In this document: in pieces, positions 26,211 to 39,700 of the stretch
Position numbering within the stretch: the first letter of the stretch is position 1
How the letters are laid out: the number at the start of each line of letters is the position of its first letter
Assembly: GCA_964016885.1 (NCBI GenBank)
Contig: OZ024751.1
Coordinates: 23,064,001-23,128,000 of the forward strand
Source: Eledone cirrhosa
Taxonomy: Eukaryota
Reading direction: 5' to 3'
DNA: 64,000 nucleotides
The notes under the pieces: generated by a model
Database searches by the model: none
What the model was told of the DNA's origin: nothing
What the model saw: only the letters and a program-made list of their open reading frames with translations
Translations under genes and position numbers: made by a program

Positions 26211-27688
26211 TGGTAAAACATTCATGACAGATGTTGCTGTTCACATAAGATTCCTCTGTAGTTGTTCCTTCATTTTTTACTTTTTCAAAAAGTAAGGCGA
26301 GTCACTTCAAGATTTCTTAATAATTCTTCTTTAACTATCCTTTCTTCTATACCTATATCTACATCTATATCTATGTCTAATTATACTTGTTTAAAATAAT
26401 GTCCAGTCTAGTTGGAGACTTCTAAAGCCGCAGTGATTACAGGTGCCGCCGGTAGTTTTAACCTCTGTTTTTATGATAATAGAAGAGGTTTGATGCTCGA
26501 TTAAATCTTGCATCAAATATACAGTAAAAAATGAATTACTACTAAACTAATACAGCAACGAGTATTTTAAAGCCATCACCACCCCTAGGAAAATGGGGGT
26601 TAGCCTTGCAGGCTTCATGATGTGGGGTCCTTTTAAGGCAATGTTTTACAGCCGGGTGCCCTAGCTGGCGTCACCAACCCTTTTAGTCACTTCTTACAGC
26701 ATGCAGGGATAGTATGGTGTACCTATTCGAAACCTAGATACACACAGTCAAAATGAACAATTGCTACTAATAATAATGTTGATGGATAATTTAAAGGAAA
26801 ACACATGAGGAATGGATTTTTTATTTTAAAAAAATCGTGACCAGAGATAAAAATCTCTCCCAAAACCTAGCTACAAAAACTTTATTGCAAGTTTTTATTT
26901 AACATTTTTTTTTAATGTAAATAGTTTCTTGATTTAGTGTGTCTGTTATTTCTACTATTTAAAAAATAAAAAAAATGATGACTTGTACAGCTTCCACGTC
27001 TCCGCTGTAATAACAGGACTTTGTCTTTTACAAAGCTTGTTTGGGGGTAAGCTTATTTAACAAACAAAACACGCCAAAAAAAAAAACATAAAAAACAACC
27101 ACAAAAATTACACAAACAAATAAAGAAAAAATACCCATCTCTCCCCTTCCCCACCCTCCATGAAACCAGAATAATTTTAAAATATTGTGGGAATATTTTT
27201 ATTTTTCTGAAATGTGAGAGGAATAATTTAAATTATTATTATAACATTAATCATTTTTTTTTTTTTTTACAATTATATGTCTTTGACCCAACTTCTCACC
27301 TTATTTAAATGCATCCAGGATTACAATTAATCCTTTCATTATCATCTCTCTCTCTAATGAAATACACTGCCTATGATTATCAAATAATTTTGAAAACAAT
27401 GAAGAATTCAGAAATATTTAGTAATATATAATAACTTTCTCATTATTAAGCTGGTATCTGGAACATAACTTGACAAAGGTTCTTACAAGAAATTATTATG
27501 GAAGGTTTGTAGATAAATATAAGCACTTTAAAATAAACAGCTTTGTATCTCTCTGTATGGTAGTCCAGGGGTAGTTTTGTGTCAGAAGGGCTAATGAAAT
27601 ATGTACCAGTAATATATCAGGGATTGGTTTGATTTAATCAGTATTATCTCTTGCAAAGAAGGGACCTTGTGCATTATATTCAAAAGAA

Positions 27689-27897
27689 GGTGGATTGGCA
27701 GTATCGGTAGAGGATCGGATGCTATGCTTTGCAGCATAGAGTTACGGTCTGAGTTGAAATCCCGCCGAGGTTAACTTTGCCTTTCATCCTTATGGGGTCG
27801 ATAAAATAAAGCACCAGTAAGACCTGGGGCCGATTTCATCGTCTTTTCCCTCCCCTTTAAATTGCTGGCCTTGTGCCTAAAGTAGAAACAATTATTA
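27689..27897 (+). mobile_element. SINE family A (long-tail variant)
   Basis: Same head and core. Confidence 0.85.
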
Positions 27898-29489
27898 TCA
27901 TTATTAATTATAAATATTATTTATTATTGGTATTTTTAGTATTAGTAACTATAGTTGGGACAGTGGTAAGTTGTTGGTGAGCTGATCCTGCATTCTGGTT
28001 TCAATTCCTTGTTGGGACCATTTCATTTTACATTAGTTATGCCTACGGGAAAGGCATACACACACACACACACGTCACCAGACCTATTCCCATTCTCCCC
28101 ACCACCTTATAAATATGGAGTGTCATACCTATGTAAAAATAAAAATTAATATTATTGTTGTTATTATCTGCATTATTGTTGTTCATCTTATTGTCTTTTA
28201 TCCATCATCATCATCATCATCATCACCATTTAACGTTTATTTTTTATGCTTGTGTGGGTTGGACAGGTTGTCGTGTTTTGAGTCCAGACAGGTTAAATGA
28301 CCACATCCTGTTCCAACATTCTATTTTTGAGGTTGGTTTCTATAGATGGTTACCCATCCTAATACCAACCACTTTATAACATGTACTAGGAGCATTTTCC
28401 ATAGCATCTGTATGACCAACTTACAGAGTGGTCTGTTTCTCATGACACCAATGTACTATTAATATTTAATAAATGACTGATAAGTTTCAAAAAAGCCAGT
28501 ACAATGTGGTAGAAATATATAAAGGGCAAAGGATGACTAAAACAAAACAAAGTAATGTTTTACCCAGTATAGTTCAGGCCTAATACTCCCTTACCAAATT
28601 TGAAGCAGAAATGGTTCCAAACAAAAATGAACGATTTATGTGTTCTTCCTTAACCAGTTTTGAACTGTTTCTGCTTCACATTTGTGAAGAGGGTATAAAC
28701 CTTGAAATATCATGGGTGGAGGTCAATCAAGGAGGGGTTCTTCCAACAGCAGTGAAAAGGTCCTGGATTGGATTGGATAACCATTTTAAAACAAATAGTT
28801 TTGTATCATAAACCAGGGGTGGTTTCAGGGATTTGATATGGTTTCAGGCATTTGGTATCACAAACCAGTAGTGGTTTGGTATCATAAACCAGGAGTGGTT
28901 TCAAATGGTTTGATATAAACCAAGGATGGTTTCAGGCAGTTTGGTATTATAAACCAGGGGTGGTTTCAGGCATTTGGTATCAAAAGGATTAAGTTGTTGC
29001 TGGTGGAACGTTATTTATGCCTTTCATCCTTACAGGGTCGATAAAATAAAGTACCAGTAATGCACTGTGTAATTGTTGCTGGCCTTGTGCCAAAAGTAGA
29101 AAGTTATTTATCTCCTGACTACATGATCTGGCCAGCAACATAACTACAATTGACCACTGTTACAATTAAATGTTAATGTCCAGTGGCACCCTTTCTCTTA
29201 TATATATATATATATATATATCTTGCATTGTATATCTTTCTCTCTCTGTCTTTGTCGCTCTCTGTCTGCTCTCTCTAGCTCACTCGTTCTTACTTTCTCT
29301 CCCCTCCTAGGGTGTTTGCTAAAGTAAAAAACAAAAAAGAGGGTAGACATTATTTATTTAACTTGCCTTCATGTGAATAGGAGTGAACACAGCAAGTTGT
29401 GTGTGTGTGTGTTTGAGGAAGTGAAGTAATATGAATATGTAATTATGTGTGAAGTATGAGCATGTTTAATAGTCGGAAAAAAAGAAAAT

Positions 29490-29540
29490 ACACATGTGTA
29501 TATATATATATATGTATATGTATGTGTGTATGTATAGGTA

Positions 29541-29574
<34 letters not shown>

Positions 29575-29955
29575 TATAGGTATGTATGTATATATATATA
29601 GGTATGTATATATATGTGTATAGGTATGTATGTATATATATGTATGTATGTGCATATAGGTATGTATGTATATATATATATGTATGTGTGTGCATATAGG
29701 TATGTATGTATATATATGTATGTGTGTGCGTATACGTATGTATATATATATATATATAGGTATGTATATATATATATATATATATATGTGCATGTATAGG
29801 TATGTATGTATGTGTGTGCATACAGTTATGTATGTATGTGTGCGTATACGTATGTATATATATATATATAGGTATGTATATATATGTGTGTGTATATGTA
29901 TGTGTGTATACATATATGTGTGTATGTGTATACACATATATATATATACACACAT
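29490..29955. repeat. Compound TA/TG microsatellite field
   Basis: Representative of many (TA)n, (CA)n, (CT)n and (CAT)n tracts, e.g. 10905-11018, 50390-51250, 55313-55575, 61170-61370. Confidence 0.95.
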
Positions 29956-30056
29956 ATAATCACCCTCAACATTTAATGTTCCTTTTTCCTCCATGCCAGC
30001 ATGGGTTCAGTCAGTGTGTATGTGGGTACATATATAATGATGTGTCTTGATAAACT

Positions 30057-30198
30057 GTTGTCTAGCAACAAGAAATCACACTGACTCTAACCCCCCCCCC
30101 CCCACCCGAGGGAGGGGGGTGCATCACACACATAGAAAAACATGCTCACACACACAAATGTATATATATGTACACACACACACACTTATCTTAGCAAC
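30057..30198. promoter_or_regulatory. RFX X-box-like motifs upstream of CCDC81
   Basis: GTTGTCTAGCAAC (30057-30069) and CTTATCTTAGCAAC (~30185-30198). X-boxes are typical of ciliary/centrosomal gene promoters. Confidence 0.45.
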
Positions 30199-30263
30199 GA
30201 CTGCAATGCTTTTAATAAGAATAAGTTCAACTAAAGACTTGTCCACCACTTCACACATCAGTA

Positions 30264-30294
<31 letters not shown>

Positions 30295-30584
30295 GCATAT
30301 GTGTTTGTGTTATGCATGTCTATATGTGTGTGTATGCATATGTATGTCTGTCTGTGTGTGTGGAGGGTTATATAATTGGTGACATGAATATTTTACAAAC
30401 AGTTTGTTTAGTTTTACCACAACGGCTGCTGCTGCTACTACTACTACTACTATTATTATTACTACTACTACTACTACTACTACCACCACTATTATTACTA
30501 CTACTACTACTACTACTATAGTTAACAGCAACACCACTACCATTACCAGCAACACAACATACCCCCGCCACCACCAACAACAAC

Positions 30585-32045
30585 AACACCACCCCTACTG
30601 ATAACACTACCACCACCACCACTATTACTACTACTACTACTACTATAGTAAACAGCAACATCACTATCATTACCAACAACAGTAACACCTACTGCCACCA
30701 ACAACAACAGCAACAGGAACTAAAACAACAAATTCACCACCACCAGCAACACCACCCCTACTGATACCACCACCACCAACAACACCACCCCTACTGATAC
30801 CACCACCACCACCAACAACAGCAACACCACCCCTACTGATACCACCACCACCAGCAACACCACCCCTACTGATACCACCACCACCAGCAACACCACCCCT
30901 ACTGATACCACCACCACCACCAACAACAGCAACACCACCCCTACTGATACCACCACCAACAACAGCAACACACCACCCCTACTGATACCACCACCCCGAC
31001 TGATACCACCACCACCACCACCAACAACAGCAACACCACCCCTACTGATACCACCACCAACAACAGCAACACACCACCCCTACTGATACCACCTCCACCA
31101 CCACCAACAACAGCAACACCACCCCTACTGATACCACCACCAACAACAGCAACACACCACCCCTACTGATACCACCTCCACCACCACCAACAACAGCAAC
31201 ACCACCCCTACTGATACCACCACTACCACCACCAACAACAGCAACACCACCCCTACTGATACCACCACTACCACCACCAACAACAGCAACACCACCCCTA
31301 CTGATACCACCACCACCAACAGCAACACCACCCCTACTGATACCACCACCACCACCACCACCAACAACAGCAACACCACCCCTACTGATACCACAACTAC
31401 CACCACCAACAACAGCAACACCACCCCTACTGATACCACCACCAACAACAGCAACACACCACCCCTACTGATACCACCACCACCACCACCACCAACAACA
31501 GCAACACCACCCCTACTGATACCACAACTACCACCACCAACAACAGCAACACCACCCCTACTGATACCACCACCAACAACAGCAACACACCACCCCTACT
31601 GATACCACCACCACCACCACCACCAACAACAGCAACACCACCCCTACTGATACCACAACTACCACCACCAACAACAGCAACACCACCCCTACTGATACCA
31701 CCACCAACAACAGCAACACACCACCCCTACTGATACCACCACCACCACCACCACCAACAACAGCAACACCACCCCTACTGATACCACCACCACCACCAAC
31801 AGCAACAGCAACACCACCCCTACTGATACCACCACCCCGACTGATACCACCACCACCACCAACAGCAACACCACCCCTACTGATACCACAACTACCACCA
31901 CCAACAACAGCAACACCACCCCTACTGATACCACCACCACCAACAGCAACACCACCCCTACTGATACCACCACCAACAACAGCAACACCACCCCTACTGA
32001 TACCACCACCACCCCTACTGATACCACCACCACCACCGCCACCAA
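30585..32045 (+). repeat. Variable minisatellite CACCACCCCTACTGATA(CCA)n(ACA)nGCAA
   Basis: About 35 units; G-rich on the minus strand; source of poly-V/L/G pseudo-ORFs. Confidence 0.95.
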
Positions 32046-32304
32046 CAACAACACTAACACCACCAGTGGTAGCAACAATAGCAATCACCAATGAGCCAAT
32101 AAGGTAGCTGTTAGATGGTTATTTTACCTGTTAGAAATAGTAACCAAATTTCCCCTCAAAACATATTTTATACAACATGGGATGATGTAGTACTAAATAC
32201 ATGGTGCATATATTTAAAGATGTGATGGTCATGGCTAGATTGTTGTGGATCATAGATCTATCTAAGCTGATCTGTGGTTAAACAACAAGAACACAAACTT
32301 TCAC

Positions 32305-32445
32305 TTATATACATACATCTCTCTCTCAAGATATATATATATATATACACACACTGATATAATTATATGTATATATACACTTTAATTGTCTATCTGTCTG
32401 TCTATAAATCTACATATACATACATTCATATATATATATATGTGA

Positions 32446-32476
<31 letters not shown>

Positions 32477-32486
32477 AATATATATA

Positions 32487-32517
<31 letters not shown>

Positions 32518-33223
32518 TATATACATACATCTCTCTCTCTAGATATATATATATATATACACACTGATATAATTATATCTATATATACACTTTAATTGTC
32601 TATCTGTCTGTCTATAAATCTACATATACATACATTCATATATATATATATATATGTGAGTGTGTATATATATATATATATATAAAAATATATATATATA
32701 TGTGTGTGTGTATATATATATATATATATTATATACATACATCTCTCTCTCTCTAGATATATATATACACACACTGATATAATTATATGTATATATACAC
32801 TTTAATTGTCTATCTGTCTGTCTATAAATCTACATATACATACATTCATATATATATGTGAGTGTGTATATATATATATATAAAAATATATATATATATG
32901 TGTGTGTGTATATATATATATATATTATATACATACATCTCTCTCTCTAGATATATATATATATACACACTGATATAATTATATCTATATATACACTTTA
33001 ACTGTCTATCTGTCTGTCTATAAATCTACATATACATACATTCATATATATATATATGTGTGTGTGTATATATATATATATATATTATATACATACATCT
33101 CTGTCTCTCTAGATATATATATACACACACTGATATAATTATATGTATATATACACTTTAACTGTCTATCTGTCTGTCTATAAATCTACATATACATACA
33201 TTCATATATATATATATATATAA

Positions 33224-33285
<62 letters not shown>

Positions 33286-33290
33286 GTGTG
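32305..33290 (+). repeat. ~160-210-bp tandem repeat containing microsatellites, 5 copies
   Basis: CACTGATATAATTATAT...GTCTATCTGTCTGTCTATAAATCTAC recurs five times. Confidence 0.9.
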
Positions 33291-33520
33291 TAATGTGTCT
33301 ATGTGTTAATATACATACAACCTATATATTCCTATATATTATTCATGTATACACTGAGTACAGTCTGCTGCAAGTATTTGCACCAACCAGTTCTCCTGTA
33401 GTCTAAGGTTAAAGCCATGAACTGTCCTTTCCTTCCTTCATTATTTACTTCATTCCTTCTCATTCTCCAGAGTGTCACCTCTCCATACTGTTCTGTCTAA
33501 GCCATAACAGCCAACTCACC

Positions 33521-33565
<45 letters not shown>

Positions 33566-33796
33566 ATATATATATTATAATATATATATATATCATACAA
33601 TATATATAATATCATACAATATATATCACACACACATATATATATGTGTGTATTTAATATACATACATGTATGCTCACACACAACAGTATATTCAGGTTT
33701 GCAAATCTGAAGATAACTGCTCATTACTAAAGTAGAGAATATTGTGTATTTTTATTAAATTAATTATATTACAACTACCACAACAGACCACTGAAA

Positions 33797-33863
33797 ATGG
33801 AGGACCTTTACCGTGAGGTGTCAGAAAGCAAGTTACCAACAGTAAGTGGAATATCAGAAAAAG
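33797..33863 (+). CDS. CCDC81: CCDC81 exon 1
   Basis: aaaATGG context; [22 protein letters not shown]; G|gtaagt. Confidence 0.8.
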
Positions 33864-36800
33864 GTAAGTGAAGAATAACAATTTTATTTCTCCATATTGT
33901 CTTTATTGTGTTGTCTGTGTCTTCATATGTATGCTTATGGGGTGGCATGTATACAGGGTGATTGAAAAGTAATGGGGTGGCATGTATATATACAGGGTGA
34001 TTGAAAAGTAACTCTCTATTGAATGTCGAAAGATACCTCACCATGCTGCAAGATGAAATCTGGCCAGTTGTCAGTACTTGGGAGAATATTGAAGATTTGA
34101 TTTTGCTATTGTTCGTGAATGGCTGAATGCTAACTTCCCTGGGTGCTGGATGGGTCGTCGTTGACTGCATGAGTGGCCAGCCAGAAAGCCCTGACTTAAC
34201 ACCCTGTGACTTTTTTCTTTGGGGTTGGTTAAAAGGAGCAAGTCTACTCTACCAAACCAACGACTTTGTAAGAACTTGAAGGGAAAATATGAGAAGTTAT
34301 GTCTTCCATTCCACAAGAGTTCCTGGTGAAATCAGTTGATGTGGTTCCCTGGTGGTTTGAGCAGCTGGTGGTAAATGGTGGTGCCCATATTGAATTTTAC
34401 ATAAAACTCCATGCTATACGCATTCTTCTCATATTTATTTCTTGCAAAAATTATAGCTAAATAAATTATAAGAATTTTAAAATAGGGAGTTACTTTTCAA
34501 TCATCCTGTATATATATATTATTAATCATTCTTTATATATATATATATATATAATGTACATACATATACACACACACACATATGTATATGTATATATATG
34601 TGTATGTATATATATATGTATAGATATATACATATAGATATACATATCTCTGTCTCTCTCTCTCTCTATATATATATATACTAGCCAAATTACCCGCGCC
34701 TTGCTGTGTTTCACACATTTTTTTGTAAGAAAATAATGATTGATTTTAAATCAGTGATATAATTTATGGAGAAAAACTCTCCATTTCAATATTACTCAAC
34801 GTAAAATGTAATGCATGAAAAATTGGAAAACATTATTTTTTGTAATATATCAAATCAAAATTACATTGTTAAATCTTATTCTTATTTTATTTCGTGTAAA
34901 TAATTTTTTTCTAAATATCAATTCAAAACTTGATCATTTCATTTTTGTGTAAAGCATTATTTTCAAATTAGAAATTCAAAGTTTAATTATTTATTTTTTA
35001 ACATAATAAATACATGAAAATATATTTCATACTTTGTCCTAATGAAGAACTTCAGGGTAAACGACATTTCTTGTCTTTCTTTGATTGGCTAAAATGTAGA
35101 GATTTTTTGAAGTTCCAGTCCTTGAAACAGCCACATAAAACATGCCATGACTGAAACATGGGTTTGTCAGATCTATACCAATAGTTTTGAAAGTTTGACC
35201 TTGACTCTTATTGATGCTCATGGTAGAATGTGAGACTGTACGTAAATGAGCTGCCCCCCCCCCCCTCCCCATCTGTCAGGGAGATCAGTGGCTCCGTTTC
35301 AGTACTGGCTTGGTCTATATAGACCCGTCCAATGCTTGTTAGCAAGGAAAGTAGGCATTAAAGTGATGATGATAATGATGATGATGTGCATATATATATA
35401 TATATACATATACATAACATGGTTATAAAATCTATTTTTCAGATGTTCATTTGATCTGGGAATGTGTATCTAACTTCATTGAAAAACAAATGACTCTTCA
35501 GAAAGTGAGTAACGGATGATTTTTTTTTTTTTTTTTGTATTTCTCAAATCATGATTTTTCATGGTTTAGTTGACCCTTAACCATAATCATGCATAGCCTA
35601 TATGGTAAGGGTGTTGGGCTTACAATAATAATGTCATGAGTTCGATTCTGGGATTAGGTTGTGTGTTGTGTTCTTCAGCAAAACACTTTATTTCCATTGC
35701 TCCAGTACACTCAGCTGAAAATGATTACCATCAGTAGCTGGGAGTTTAATTTTGTGACGGATTGGCATCTTGTCCTGGGGAGTGTTTTACAGTGTCAGTC
35801 GCTTCATGCCATGGAAACTGGGATAAGCACTGGCCTAATGAACCTCCAGGTTTAAGACAGTCTTTAACTCTGCGATGGACTGGTGTCCTATCCAGGGGAA
35901 AGTCTTTTACTCTCAGTCACTTCATGCCATGGAAACCAGGGTAAGCACCATCCTGATGAACCTCTGTGCTCGAGACAGACTTTAACCATACTTGCTTTTT
36001 ATTGTGAGCCCTTTTATTACCATATTTCTACCGAATAACATAATAATTGTTTCTACTTTTTTGGCACAAGGCCAGCAATTATCCCAGTGTATTACTGGTA
36101 CTTTTATTTTATCGACCCCGTAAGGATGAAAGGCAAAGTTAACCTTGGTGGTATTTGAACTCAGAATCGCAAGGGCCGTAACTCTATGCGTCAAAGCATG
36201 GCGTCCGACCCTCTACCGATACTGCCAATTCACCGCAATGACCTATGATTATGACTATTACTTACGACTTATCTCAGTGAGTATGATTATCCCAATGTCT
36301 ATGACTATGACTATTTCTATGCCTATGACTATATCTATAACTATGACTTTGTCTATCACTATGATTATGTCTATCACTATGATTTATGACTTACAACTAC
36401 GACTTATGGCTTACAGCTATGACTTATGGCTTATAGCTATGACTTATGGCTTACAGCTATGACTTATGGCTTATAGCTATGACTTATGGCTTACAGCTAT
36501 GACTTATGGCTTATAGCTATGACTTATGGCTTACAGGTATGACTTATGGCTTACAGCTATGACTTATGGCTTATAGCTATGATTTATGACTTACAACTAC
36601 GACTTATGGCTTACAGCTATGACTTATGGCTTACAGCTATGACTTATGGCTTACAGCTATGACTTATGGCTTACAGCTATGACTTATGGCTTATAGCTAT
36701 GACTTATGGCTTACAGGTATGACTTATGGCTTACAGCTATGACTTATGGCTTATAGCTATGATTTATGACTTACAACTACGACTTATGGCTTACAGCTAT

Positions 36801-38593
36801 GACTTATGGCTTACAGCTATGACTTATGGCTTACAGCTATGACTTATGGCTTACAGCTATGACTTATGGCTTACAGCTATGACTTATGGCTTATAGCTAT
36901 GACTTATGGCTTACAGGTATGACTTATGGCTTACAGCTATGACTTATGGCTTATAGCTATGACTTATGGCTTACAGCTATGACTTATGGCTTACAGCTAT
37001 GACTTATGGCTTATAGCTATGACTTATGGCTTACAGGTATGACTTATGGCTTACAGGTATGACTTATGGCTTACAGCTATGACTTATGGCTTACAGCTAT
37101 GACTTATGGCTTACAGCTATGACTTATGGTTTACAGCTATGACTTATGGCTTACAGCTATGACTTATGGCTTACAGCTATGACTTATGGCTTATAGCTAT
37201 GATTTATGACTTACAACTACGACTTATGGCTTACATCTATGACTTATGGCTTACAGCTATGACTTATGGCTTATAGCTATGACTTATGGCTTACAGCTAT
37301 GACTTATGGCTTATAGCTATGACTTATGGCTTACAGCTATGACTTATGGCTTATAGCTATGACTTATGGCTTACAGCTATGACTTATGACTATGTCTTAT
37401 GGCTTATAGCTATGACTTATGGCTTACAGCTATGACTTATGACTATGTCTTATGAAAATCATAGGCAGTGTCTTTCATATAAGTGTGGTAATTGTAGGGT
37501 TAAATCCAACTAATTCTTCTTTCTCCTCTTTTGTTTCCTTAGGGAGTTCATATTAATGGTCTTGGCACCTTTAGCTTCTCTCAACAGAATCTAGATGCAG
37601 GAAATAAGGCCTCCATCAGTCGTCCTGTGTTTGTGTTTTCTGAGCGTTTAATTTCCTCCCTAGGTTTGACCTGCACCAAACCCTACACTCCAGGTAAGTA
37701 AGGGAATATTGCAACTAAAGTAAAGCACAAGGAAAGGAAAAGGGAAAAAGCTGAGTGTTAGATGGGAACCAGCTCTACCACTTTACAGAGTGTACTGGGT
37801 ATATTTTATCACACCACCAGCACAACCATTTTACAGAGTGTACTGGGTCTATTTTATCATACCGCCAGCACTACCACTTTACAGACTGTACTGGGTGTAT
37901 TTTATCAGAGCACCAACACTACTACTTTACAGAGTGTACTGGGTGTATTTTATTATACCACCAGCACTACCACTTTAAAGAGTGTACTGGGTGTATTTTA
38001 TTATGCCACCAGCACTAACACTTTACAGACTGTACTGGGTGTATTTCATCATGGCACTACCTCTACCACTTTACAGAGTGTAGTGGGTGTATTTTACCAT
38101 GGGGCCAGCACTACCACTTTACAGAGAGTATTTGGAGCAGTTTTTTGTGACACTGCCACTTGAGGAGTCATCATGTACTTAGCAAGACTGAAGAGTCCTT
38201 TCTTCCATATAAACCCTCTTTACCCTATAAAGTCTCTCTAGTCGTTTCACCCTTTTCTTACTATACATTTTTATATATTGCACCAGACTTTCTTCAAACA
38301 TTAATTCTCTCCAATTGTTTTTGTACTATAGGTAACATACATACGGTAAACATGAATTATACCATAATTGCATTTGAGACAAATTTCTCAAGAGATGTTG
38401 CTGAAAACTGTGTTAAGGAATTACTGTCAGCATTTTATAGAGCAATCAGCGATGACAAGAATGTAGATCTGATTTTCCTCAAAATTGGTCGGCTTTCAGT
38501 GAGAGGAAGAAAATGTAAAATGAAATTCTACAAACAATTCATTGATCTCTTTGATAAATCTGGTTCACTTCTGCAAGCAATGCAAAATGTAAG

Positions 38594-38661
<68 letters not shown>

Positions 38662-39056
38662 ATAATAATAAATTTGAAGACTAAAATCCAAAGAGGGCTC
38701 GATAAGGATAAATATATATCAAATATATAAGAACCGTAGAGCAAATATTTATTAAAATAACAGATTAAAGTTTAAGGGTGAAAGCAGCGATTCTTTGCTT
38801 AAACTTTAATCTGTTATTTTAATAAATATATATATATATATATATACAATATTAAATAAATGGAAACTATATTTATAAAACCATATTTATTTCATTATAT
38901 ATATTTCAGGGATAACATATTAATAATATGCTATGCCTTCCTTCGACAAGTCGAATCTATTTATCTATAAAACTGTTTATATTGTATTTTGTCTGAGGAA
39001 GGCATAGCATATTGTTAATATGTTATCCCTGAAATATATATAATGAAATAAATATG

Positions 39057-39092
<36 letters not shown>

Positions 39093-39225
39093 TAGTTTCC
39101 ATTTATTTAATATTGTAAATATACTCCAAATATTTGTCGATTGCTTTTATATCAGTTATAAATATTTACTAGTTGTAACCCAACAATTTAAATATAACTT
39201 TCCATATATATATATATATATATAT

Positions 39226-39257
<32 letters not shown>

Positions 39258-39629
39258 TTTACGTCCGCTTTTCCCTGCTTGCAAGGGTGGGATGGGAACT
39301 GATTCTGGCTTGATTTCTACAGCTGGATGCCCTTCCTAACACCAACCTCATTTACAGTTTTTTTTCTGTGGCACCTACACATCCACTTTACAGTGTGGGC
39401 TGGGTGCTTTTTTGCCGTGGCACCCCTACGACCACTTTGCAGTGGAATGATAGGGACCCAAGTCCCTATCATCTCATTTCTACAGCTGAGTAAACTGGAG
39501 CAATGTGAAATAAAGTGTCTTGCTCAAGGAAACAACACATCACCCGGTCTGAGAATTGAACTCACACCCTTTCGATTGCAAGGGCAATGCTCTAACCACT
39601 AAGCCATGTGCCCCCTCTCTCTCTCTCTC

Positions 39630-39700
<71 letters not shown>

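Noticed and set aside
29369-32091. Many 80-190 aa ORFs (poly-YI/HT/VC, poly-V/L/G)
   Set aside because: Translations of microsatellites and minisatellites; no splice structure or domain content. The same applies to ORFs at 10842-11182, 44841-46649, 49685-50971, 55174-55608 and 61140-61382.
35039-35272. Host PIF1 helicase exon
   Set aside because: Antisense in a CCDC81 intron, truncated, and followed by a CTAG terminus; this is a Helitron remnant.
36400-37455. CRISPR-like regular repeat
   Set aside because: No unique spacers, eukaryotic context and no cas genes; this is a plain satellite. The same applies to 42457-43378 and 62657-63202.
38330-38337. ag|GTAACA recursive-type site at CCDC81 exon 4
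   Set aside because: Weaker donor match, and explained by a Gly codon split at a phase-1 intron.
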